Notes under the pieces: generated by a model | Databases searched by the model: none | Seen by the model: the letters and a program-made list of their open reading frames with translations, nothing else | Told to the model about the DNA's origin: nothing | Program-made: the position numbers and the translations under genes | Source: Chiloscyllium plagiosum | Taxonomy: Eukaryota | Assembly (NCBI RefSeq): GCF_004010195.1 | Contig: NC_057719.1 | Span: forward strand, 91,805,369-91,864,347 | Direction: 5' to 3' | DNA: 58,979 nt | Shown here: piece by piece, positions 49,416-58,979 of the stretch | Numbering within the stretch: the first letter of the stretch is position 1 | How the letters are laid out: the number at the start of each line of letters is the position of its first letter

Positions 49416-51019
49416 TCCTGTGCAGTTGCTGCTTTGTGTGTTGAGTGCTTCCAGCATTTTCTGTTTTTTTTTAATTTTATCTTGTATGTTGTAATCACAA
49501 ATTTGAAGGAGAATGCTTTAATTTACAGTTCACAAATTGACTATTCAGTGCAGCAATGAATCAGAATTGCTACAATTTGGAAACACCACTTTGGAATTCA
49601 AATGCATTTTGAGCATAGCACTTGAATCACCTGGGTCTTCTAGCATGGAGTCATTCCTGTTCACATTTTACTGTGAGAAGAATGGTGCTTGTCACATGGG
49701 AACACAGTCAGACAAAAATAAATGCCACAATGAATGCTGTTGAGATGTTGTCAAACCTGGTGTAGAATGCACATGCCTGCACTCCTCCTCTGCTGTACTT
49801 GCAGTAACATGTTGTGTTATATACCATCTTTAAGTAAAACATTCCAAATTGCTTCAGAGGCATTAGGACAAATAACAAAAGGCTTTGTCAAAGAAGCTTG
49901 TTAGAGATGAAGAGAGGTTTGGAGAAGGAATGTCCAAGCCCAGGGCCCACACAACTGAAACATAATCAATGATGGTCAAAAAGAGCATTTTTTGTTGGGT
50001 ATTATAGACCTAACTGGGATTTATTGGGTTAGACTCCTATGGAAACAGGCTTGATGGGCTGAGTGGTCTGCTCTTCTTCCAGTGCCTGCCAATGATCTTC
50101 AATGCATTGAAATGCAACACTTCGCCATTGAAATCGAAAGGAGTGGGCTGTAATTTCTTCCCAGTCCATTGCAGTCCTCAACACCGTCCTTACTCAAAAG
50201 TGTACATGTCAAAGGTCATGTTTGTAATCCTTGCTTAGTCTAGCAGGGGTGCTGTTTCCACACATGCCACAGGCACAACCCCAGCTAAAAGACAAGATGC
50301 AACTGACTTGAAAATCCAAAATTAAGTCAAGGTATGAGCTGACTGATCTGAAACTCTCCACTTGGGTGCTTCCAACACTTCCCTCACACATCATTTTGTC
50401 TGATGTGACCAAAAGTAAACTCAGTCTCTCCCCCTGCTTTTCCTGTGGTGTCCCTCATTATCTCACTCACTCAAAGAGTTTGAGTGCAAAATATATCAGT
50501 ATCAAACGCCATTCAATCATCCAGAAAGTTGAAAGGGTAACACATTACCTGATACAATTTTAAATTCACATTTGAGAAAATCAAACTACATTTTAAAAAG
50601 CCGAATGAATGCCTCCAATTGAAAATGCAGCCTCGAGAAGTTTATTTCCCACTGTATAGACATGAGGTGCGCCCAGGAATATGCAAGAGCATTTAATTCA
50701 GTGTGAAATATTCAGTTTAACTTGCAAGGTCATCCGTTGGCATAGTTACCATGGCTAAACTCTACTGCGGCTTCCCAGGTCTGCATTATCAACTCAAAAG
50801 GATGATATCGGTCATAAATGGTATAAAGAGAGTGGGGGAAGGGTGGGAAGGAAGCCCCAGGGTACTTTGACTTGAGGAAAACAAATCCATGTAAAATAAA
50901 ATCAGAATCTAATTCAGGTAGTTCAGGGGAAAACCAGAGAGGTAGCCGAAACTACTATAGATCAGGGGAAAACCCGAGAAGAGACTGTAACTTCGGCTGC
51001 GAGAAATGGAGTGAAAAGG

Positions 51020-51200
51020 AAACACCAAAAACAAAAGCAAAAGTGGCTGCTGGAAACAAAGTGCTAGAGAACTCAGCAGGTCTGACAGTTTCTGTGGAGA
51101 GAGAAACAGAATTAACGCTTCGAGACCCAAGTCTGCCTTTCTCTCTTCGTATCTGCTGCCAGACCTGCTGAGTTTCTCCAACACGCACTGTTTTGATATC
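51020..51200. mobile_element. Penelope-derived fold-back mini-element (decayed)
   Basis: gagaactcagcaggtctgacag.. / ..ctgccagacctgctgagtttctcc inverted arms. Confidence 0.6.
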
Positions 51201-51429
51201 ACTGATATGCTATTGGATTAACCTATTCTAATCATTGAACACACTACTTCTTGACCATCTCCCCACACTGTATTTTTACCCTTTACAAATCAAAATGTTA
51301 CCAACAGGGAGTCAATGCAACAGAAATAAAATTAGACCTAGTTCGTTTTCTCTGAAATTTCACCTAACAGTAGGTGGAGGAACAAACATGTTTATCTCAT
51401 CTTTCACTTCCCTGAGACAAACCGTACAA

Positions 51430-51517
51430 GTTGAGAGTGTGGTGCTGAAAAAGCACAGCAGTTCAGGCAGCATCCGAGGAGCAGGAAAATTGATATTTCG
51501 GGCAAAAGCCCTTCAAC
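51430..51517 (-). mobile_element. Penelope terminal fragment (partial hammerhead)
   Basis: Same family as 28150-28240. Minus strand GAAGGGCTTTTGCCCGAAATATC, lacking CUGA. Confidence 0.65.
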
Positions 51518-52379
51518 CGTATGAGTGCCAATAGTGATTTCCAGCATTTAGCAGGATACCAGTGATCCTCTCAGTGGAGGCTGTAGTGGAGGATTTGCTA
51601 GTCATCATGTGAAGGTAGGCTGGAGAAGCCACCACAGACAATGATCGGGACCTAATGAGATTGCTGTAGAGCGAGCCAGGTGAACGTGAAACTGAATGAA
51701 CACAAATGTAATTGAAGATGATCGAAGTCAAATGGAGCCCATGTAAACAACAGAGTTCAGAACAAGCAGCAGCTTTCACACACATCAAATAATTATTGAT
51801 GATGCCAGCGCTGAGCTACCAACATGGTATACATGGGTTTCCAGAAGGCATTTGACACACTGCCTCACGACAGCGAGGACAGTTATATATCATGGTACAA
51901 AGAGGGCATTGGCAATGTGGATACAAACTTTGCTGAGTGATAGGAAGCAGAATGTAATAGTCAATAGGTTTTTTTTTGTTCAGGCTGGGGCAAGGTTTGT
52001 AGTGGTATTGGGACCCCTGCTTTTCCTGACAAAAATTAATGGTCTAGATCTTGATGTGCAGAGGACACTAAACTTGGAAGAATTGCAAACTGTGAGGATG
52101 ACAGTGTGGAGGTCCAAAACGACACAGACAAGTTGGTGGAGTGGGCAGATAGGTTGTCCCGTCTAGAGAAGGGAGAGTTGATGCACTTTGGTCAGAAGAA
52201 CATTGAAAGACAATAGAAAATAGTGGGTGCAAGAGCAGAGGGACCTGGTGGTATATGCGAACAGATCATTGAACGTGGCAAGACAGATGGAGAGCATAGT
52301 TAATAAGGCAGTGTTCTTGGCTTTATTAATAGAGCCATAGACTACTAGAGCAAAGAGGTGATATTGAAATTGTGCAAGC

Positions 52380-52698
52380 CAGTGGGATCAATGGTTAGCA
52401 CGACTGCCTCACTGCCCCAGGGACCTGGGTTCAATTGCAGCCTTGGATGACTGTGTGAAGTTTGCATGTTCTCCCCGTGTCTGCATGGATTTCCTCAGTC
52501 CAAAGATGTGCAGGTTAGGTGAACTGGCCATCCTTAAGTTACCCATATAGTGTTCAGAGATGTGTAAGTTAGGTGCATTTTTTAAGGGTAAATATACATT
52601 AATAGGGGTAGGGGAATGGGTCTGGGTGGGTTACTCTTCGGAAGTTCAGTGTGGACTTGTTGGGCCGAAGGGCCTGTTTCCATACTTTAGGGAATCTA
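52380..52698 (+). mobile_element. V-SINE
   Basis: tRNA-like head, V-domain and LINE-derived tail. Confidence 0.88.
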
Positions 52699-53059
52699 CA
52701 AAAGACACTGGTTAGGCCTCAGCTGGAGTATTAGGTACAGTAGTGACCACCACATTACAGAAGCAATTTACAAATTTCAAGAATGAACAGTTGCAGTGAT
52801 GAGGTTAGATTGAAGAAGTTAGGATAAGGCGGCAAAGAAGAAATCTGACAGGTGTTTCCAAAACCATGAACAGGCTGGACGCTGTCGGTAAGAGAGAGCT
52901 ATTCTCGCTTGTAAAAGAAACAAGAATATGGGTTAAAATGTACAGTAATGTGTAAATAAAGCAAAGATGATGTGAGAAAAATCCTTTTCACACAGCAAGT
53001 AGTTAGTGTTTAGAATATGGTGGAGACAGGTTCAATTGTGGCATTCGAGGGCATTAGAG

Positions 53060-53306
53060 TAAATTAGATTCCCTACAGTATGGAAACAGGCCTTTCAGCC
53101 CAACAAGTCCACATTGACCCTCTGAAGAGTAACTTACCCAGACCCATTCCCTTATCCTCTCTTTACCCCTGACTAATGCACCTAACACTATGGGCAATTT
53201 AGCATGGCCAATTCACCTGACCTGCACATCCTTGGGATTGTGGGAGGGAACGAGAGAACTCAGAGGAAACCCACACAGACATGGGAGAATGTGCAAACTC
53301 CACACA
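53060..53306 (-). mobile_element. V-SINE (5' truncated)
   Basis: Tail and V-domain on the minus strand, ending abruptly at actccacaca. Confidence 0.88.
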
Positions 53307-54139
53307 ATCTCCCAATGATTATTTGAATAGAAAGGGATAAGGGGAAAAGGCAGGATATTCATACCAGGTAATAGAGCTGGACTAGACAATTGAGCCAGTA
53401 TAGGTACGATGAGCTGAATGGCCGCCTTCTTCACCCGTAATAATTCAACGATTAAGATATCCTGCAGTATGATGCCAATGACACAGGACGTGGAACAATC
53501 CTAATGTATAGGTTTATATATATATCAAGAATATCCAGTTGTACAGTATTTATGTCCAGCACATTAACAAACACTGAGCAATGCTATGCATAGATTCCAA
53601 AAGGTTTTGGTTACTGACTTTGCTTGTGAAGATGTTAATCAATACCTGTTTGGGAGCGAAAGAAAGTGATGGAAGACTAGGACCACAGACCACTTAAAAA
53701 CATCTTACACCATTTATCAGCTCCAAAAGAATGATACTGCACGTGCAGAGGTATTATTTGACAATGACATACAAACCAGGAAGTAGATGGCAAACATGCT
53801 ACTGAGAGCAGCAGTCCACATGTGAAAGGTGAAGATATTGATGAAGAGTATGAAATCTTACTATTGAATGAGAATGAACAATATGCTATGACAAGAGGCT
53901 GGAAGTAGTGATGAAAGGATGGGGAAACCCATCAGGTACACACTTGTTGAGTGTATTAGGAGTACAGAGATTAAATGATAGCCCAAAGTGTATTTGGACA
54001 AAGGAAACAGTGTTGTTATCCTGAAGCAGATTAGAAAGTGCTACTGAAGCAGATCCATGGAAGTCATCAAGGAATTGATGACAATCTGAAAAGGGCAAAA
54101 AAGTGGTCTATTGACCAAATATGGAACATGAGTTTAAGC

Positions 54140-55360
54140 TTCATGAGTACAGGAGGCCCTTCTGTCCATCAAGTCTGCACTACTAACCCCTTGTTATTGA
54201 CCCTTCAACTAAGGGAACAACTGCTTTCTAACCACCCTGTCCATGCCCCTCATAGTCTTATGCATTTCCATCAGGTCCCCCTTCAACCTTGTCTGCTCCA
54301 AAGAAAATAACCCAAGTTTATTCAGCCTCTCTCCATAGTAAAGTGCTCCATCCCAGACAACATGCTAGTCAATCTCCTCTGCACCCCCTCCAGTGCAGTC
54401 ACATCCTTCCTATCGTGTGGGGACCAGAACTGCACACAGGGCTTCAGTCACACAAACAGCCTTGTGCTATCGCTCAGTTTCCTGCCACTCTGCTAATTTT
54501 GGATTGAACGTACCAGGTTACCTTGAATCCCATGAGCCTTTAGCTTCTCTCCTCTCTTGTGGGACCTGTCAAGGGCCTTGCTGTCATGCATACAAACTAC
54601 ATCAATTGCACTAGCCTCATCTACATACTCAGTTACCTCCTCAAAAAATTCAACCAGATTTATTTGACATGGTCTTCCTCTGACAAAGCCTTACTGACTA
54701 TCCTTCACCAAACCTTGCCTCTCTAAATGGAGATTAATTTTCTACTTCACTATTTTCTCCAATAGTTTTCCCCACCATTGATGTTAGACTTGCTGGCCTG
54801 TGGTTCCCTGATCAATCTCTAATGCCCTTGTAACGTGGAACCACATTAGTTGTCCTCTAATCTTCTAACATCTTCCCTGTGGCCAGAGACAATAGAGATT
54901 TGGGTCAGGGCCCTTGTGATTTCCTTCCTTATCTGCCTAGAATACTGCTCATTCAAGATTTGTCCAGTTTTAAACCTGCCAAAATCTCCCAGCACCTCTT
55001 CACTTCTTACATCAATCTGCTCAAGAACTTCACAGTCCATCCTCTCAAATTCTATACTTACATCCTTCTCCCTCCCTAGAAAAGATAGATGTGAACTACT
55101 CATTTAACTCTACCAATGTCCTCTGGCTCCACACACTGATTGACCCCTTGGTCCTTAATAGGCTCTACTCTTTCCCTGGTTATTTTCTTCCCCCAGATAA
55201 ATGTGTAGAATATTCTCTCAAATCTTGCCCACCAGTGTTTTCTCATGCCCCTCCTTCCTCTCCTAACTGCTTTCGTGAGATCCCCCTGGTACTTCCTATT
55301 CTCCACGAGGGCCTCTGATGATTTGCTCCTTATGTATCACATTTCCTTTTTATCCAGTTC
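54140..55360 (-). mobile_element. Decayed CR1 ORF2 fragments
   Basis: FYTFIWGKKITRERVEPIKDQ, RSEEVLG and RT C-terminal remnants. Confidence 0.75.
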
Positions 55361-55514
55361 TGAATATTCCCAGATATCCAACCTTCTCTGCCAGGATGAC
55401 ATCAGCCTGTGTACTGTTTGTAACCATTACAAAACTAAATAAGCCAAACATCTGCATTTGCACACTGTGTAAATCATGTTAATGGCAATCAGTGTACTGC
55501 TTTTTTGGTTTTAA

Positions 55515-56300
55515 AGCAGAAACTATTTGAATATGATTTTAATTGAAAAAGCTGCAGCACAGAGCGATCTGGGGGTTGTGAGGGAAATCACAAAAAGATG
55601 GTATAAAAGTTTAGCAAGTTATAGGGAAGGTAAATGGAAAGTCGGCCTTTACTTCAAAAGGAATGGAGTATACCAGTCGGGAGGCTTTACTAGAAGGCAC
55701 TGGTCAGAGCACAGCTGGAATAGTGACATTCTGGGCCTCTTATCTGAGGAGATATAGAGACAGACCAGAGAATGTTCACAAGGCTGACCCTGGGTATGGA
55801 GAATAATGTCTTGAGAGGTTGAGTAGTTTAGGTCTGTACTCATTGGAATTTAGATTCCCTACAGTGTGGAAACAGGCCATTTGGCCCAAGTCCACACCGA
55901 CCCTCTTAAGAGTAATCCACTTCCCTACATTTCCCTCTGACTAATGCACCTCACACTACTAGCAATTTAGCACGGCCAATTCACCTGACCTGCGCATCTT
56001 TGGACTGTGGGATGAAACCAGAGCACCCAGAGGAAACCCACACAGACACAGGGAGTATGTACAGACTTCACACAGTCACCCGAGGTTGGAATCGAATCAG
56101 AGTCCCTGGAACTGTGAGGCAGCAGTGCTAACCACTGTGCCACCCATGCTTTAGAAATAGAGACCTTTTTAAAACAAACAAGATCCTTAGGGGTCTTGAC
56201 AGGGTCAACATAGAGAGTTTGTTTCACCATGTGGAAGAGTTTAGGACCACAGGACATAATCTCACAGTAAGGAGTCACTCATTTAAGACAGTGATGAGGA
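55515..56300 (+). mobile_element. Decayed CR1 3' fragment with V-SINE (55848-56148, -)
   Basis: AAAQSDLGV, ggtctgtactcattggaatt|SINE|tagaaat; SINE head gcagcagtgctaaccactgtgccacc. Confidence 0.8.
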
Positions 56301-56562
56301 GGCTTCTTGAGTGGCACACCATCCGTCACAGTCAATATCTACTCCCTCCAACCCTAAACTCAGTAGCAGCAGTATGTACTATGTGTAAGATGCACTGCAG
56401 AATTTCACAGAAGTTCCTTCAACTGCACCTTCTAAACCCATGACCATTTCCATCTAGGACAAGGTTAGAAGATACATGGGAACACCACCTTCTGCATGCT
56501 CCCCTCTAAACCACTCACCACCTGATTCTCAGAGAAAAATATCCTCCTCATCAGTATCTAAG

Positions 56563-56752
56563 GATCTCCAGCATCTGCAGTCCTCACTTTCTCTTAGTTG
56601 ATTATAACCATACTGCGAAGCCTCTTCCAAGGATGCCCACCTTAAAGTTCTCCTCCTTTCTCCTGCTCATCGGATGCTGCCTGACCTGCTGTGCTTTTCC
56701 AGCACCATACCCTTTGATACTGATCTCCAGCATCTGCAGTCCTCACTTTCTC
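56563..56752 (+). mobile_element. Penelope terminal-repeat fragment with 31-bp direct repeat
   Basis: gatctccagcatctgcagtcctcactttctc occurs at 56563-56593 and 56722-56752, with ggatgctgcctgacctgctgtgcttttccagcac between them. Confidence 0.65.
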
Positions 56753-56799
56753 CCTCCTGATGTCAAAATCAGGAAGAGAGAGCTATAATAGAAATGAGA

Positions 56800-57118
56800 G
56801 GAGGCAGCGACCTGGTGGTATTTTCACTGGATTCTGAATTCAGGGACCCAGGTTTGAATCTCGCCAAGGCAGGTGGTAGAATTTGAATTAATTTTTTTTT
56901 AAAGAAACTGGAATAAGTCTAATGATGACCATAGTCAATGATCAGAAAACCCCATCCGGTTCACTTGAAGTCCATTAGGGAAGGAAACTGCCATCCTTAC
57001 CTGGTCAAGCCCACAGCAATGTGGTTGACTCTTAATTGCCCTCTAGCAATTAGAAATGGGCAATAAATGCTGTCTAGCCAGGAACACCCCTCATTCTGCA
57101 AATGAATATAAAATAAAA
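56800..57118 (+). mobile_element. tRNA-derived SINE of a second family
   Basis: tggtggtattttcactgga..caggtttgaatctcgcc head, agggaaggaaactgccatccttacctgg body, gggcaataaatgctg..A-rich tail. Related fragments flank the CR1 at 44670-44880 and 46730-46850. Confidence 0.65.
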
Positions 57119-58358
57119 CTCATTGTGTTGCTTGGAAGAAACAACTGTCATTTATAACAGATAACATTCCAGAAACCAAAAAGGCTCCTCTCTCTGCACT
57201 GACCAAACCAATGGTCCCAGAAACAACGTGTCATCTTAAGTAATTCTCACTGTCACACAGTCCAACAAAGTTCCACAAAACAAGCAGCACTTCTTTTATG
57301 AAAGCCTGACTGCTCTATTTCAAATTTGCAAAATATTGATAGTTCTTTAATGAGATGGTTGCGTTCTTGTGCAACCCAGTGTTACAGAAAAATTGTGCTC
57401 TACATACAGCGCTTAAAGTGTTGGCACTCTAATCCACAGAATCCTACAGCACAGAGACAAGCCCTTTGGCCCAAGCTGGTCCATGCTGACCAAAAGGTCT
57501 GTCCACGCTAACCCCATTTCCCTGCACTTGGTCCATATCCTTCTAAATCTTTGCTATCCATGTATTAATGATTTTAAAAGTTTGTGCTGTAGAAACAGCA
57601 TTCCCAATCGGTCAATCGTGTTACAGTGAATTTGTGTTGACGAAACACGCGTTTAACAGAATGACTTGTATTACCACTCCAACATGGAATAATGGAACCA
57701 TTTAAAAGAGTTTTATTTTGGTGTGAACTAGATTTCTACAGTGTTGATGCAAACAGCAGGTAGGGCACAATGATGGTGCAGGCCAGAGAAATGTAGGCTG
57801 TACCTAACCCAAAGTGCATCATTGAATAGCTGGCAAGGAGAAACTCGAAGACAAAGCAAAGCAGAGATAAAGCGTCAGTACCTCCATTTCATTAGAAATC
57901 AGGCCAACGTGGCATTGCCAACCACAATTGCAACAAGTTGTTGGTGTCCTTTAACATGTCAGGTGCTGGATCCCTCAGGGTGACTGCACACTTTTATTAC
58001 CCATCAGAGACCAGGACAATCTGTTTCCCGATGTTTCCTCCTTTCATCATGGACTCAAAGGCAGCTGCAAGAGAAGAATTGAGAGTTTTACACAATTATA
58101 AAGAGTTTGGAGAAGATAGGTGAACTATCCCCAAGAGCTGGTATCCTCACTGACTCTTGTTTTAGTACAGGCTCCATCTCACACTGATACAGCTTTTGCA
58201 ATAGAATCATACTTTAGGGCACCAGATTTTCTGTGTAATTTGAATTGGTCACAGGGATAAGTCTCTAGAGAAGAGACTGAAGAAACTGGGAATGTTGTCC
58301 ATATGCCAGAGAAGATTAAGAGGAAGTTTGAGAGGCGTAGTTACTATTACAAGGGATA

Positions 58359-58542
58359 AGAGATGGAAATGTGTTGCTGGAGAAGCGCAGCAGGTCAGGC
58401 AGCATCTAGGGAACAGGAGAATCGACGTTTCAGGCATTAGCCCTTCTTCCTGCAGAAGGGCTAATGCCCGAAACGTCGATTCTCCTGTTCCCTAGATGCT
58501 GCCTGACCTGCTGCGCTTCTCCAGCAACACATTTCCATCTCT
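58359..58542. repeat. 184-bp near-perfect palindrome from Penelope terminal repeat (hammerhead-derived centre)
   Basis: Arms 58359-58447 and 58454-58542, 89 bp each with one mismatch, 6-nt loop tcctgc. Confidence 0.92.
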
Positions 58543-58584
58543 AGAATCAACATATCCCAATCTTGAGTTAGACTGGTTCTAGAG

Positions 58585-58979
58585 TAGCACAGTGGCTCAG
58601 TGGTTAGCACTGCTTTCTCACAGCGCCAGGGACCCGGGTTCAATTCCTGCCTTGGGCAACTGCCTGTGTGGAGTTTGCACATTCTCCCCGTGCCTGCAAG
58701 GGTTTCCGCCGGGTGCTCTGGTTTCCTCCCACAGTCCGAAAGATGTGCAGGTTAGGTAAATTGGCCATGCTAAATTGCTCCTAGTGTTAGGCAAAGGGGT
58801 AAATGTAGGGGAATGGGTGTGGGTGGGTTGCACTTTGGCAGGTCAGTGTGGACTTGTTGGGCTGAAGGGCCTGTTTCCACACTGTAAGTAATCTAAACTG
58901 CCTGTAGTGTTAGGTGTAGGGGAATGGGTCTGGGTGGGTTGCTCTTCAGAGGGTCAGTGTAGACATGTTGGGCTGAAGG
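58585..58979 (+). mobile_element. HE1-type V-SINE plus a second partial 3' copy running off the window
   Basis: Full head, V-domain and tail at 58585-58895; the 3' part is repeated from 58897. Confidence 0.9.

Larger units (their letters stand above)
51830..53450 (+). mobile_element. Decayed CR1 RT/3' fragment with two SINE insertions
   Basis: LGPLLFLTKINGLDL, ctggttaggcctcagctggagta (LVRPQLEY), tail gagctgaatggccgccttct. Confidence 0.8.
51530..54135 (+). mobile_element. Ty3/Gypsy pol fossil split by CR1/SINE insertions (51830-53450)
   Basis: RT remnant FAGYPV..VVEDLLV..DRDLMRLL..NVKLNEHKC at 51530-51800. RNase H STLTNTEQCYA*I and DHRPL, and integrase Zn-domain LKQIHGSHQGID..KRAK..Y*PNM at 53460-54135. 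Confidence 0.65.

Noticed and set aside
50872..51171. 99-aa ORF with a short internal repeat (tcaggggaaaacc twice)
   Set aside because: It runs into a Penelope-type palindrome and has no homology I can recognise; it cannot be assigned as gag or as an exon.
57330..58240. Possible exons of a downstream gene such as CCNDBP1, and a possible Tc1-type MITE at 57335-57670
   Set aside because: No recognisable peptide match with splice sites; the MITE ends are too degenerate to call.

Overview
Eukaryotic, repeat-rich genomic DNA, most likely from a shark. That is inferred from the repeat content: HE1-type V-SINEs with (TCTAA)n tails, many CR1/HER1-like LINEs, Penelope elements and DeuSINEs. The only host gene I can support is TMEM62 on the + strand. 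Its last eight coding exons (9244-9366, 12446-12601, 34853-35012, 37465-37578, 39791-39875, 41512-41616, 44180-44298, 47458-47784) splice in frame into about 395 aa, covering the metallophosphoesterase GHxH motif, the middle region and the C-terminal TM region. One intron appears to use a GC donor. The 5' exons lie upstream of the window. The rest is transposon debris: a full-length but decayed L1 with TSD and a 5' YY1 site, nested CR1s, an RTE fragment, Penelope pieces and fold-back mini-elements with minimal hammerhead ribozyme cores, a putative solo LTR, a split Gypsy pol fossil, a Tigger-type MITE, many SINEs, and a 939-nt assembly gap. The most interesting observations are the hammerhead-bearing palindromic Penelope derivatives, two short near-perfect copies of local sequence that look like templated repair insertions, and the GC-AG intron. 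I see no evidence for a novel protein-coding system. Family assignments are from recall of motifs, not database searches, and most repeat boundaries are approximate.
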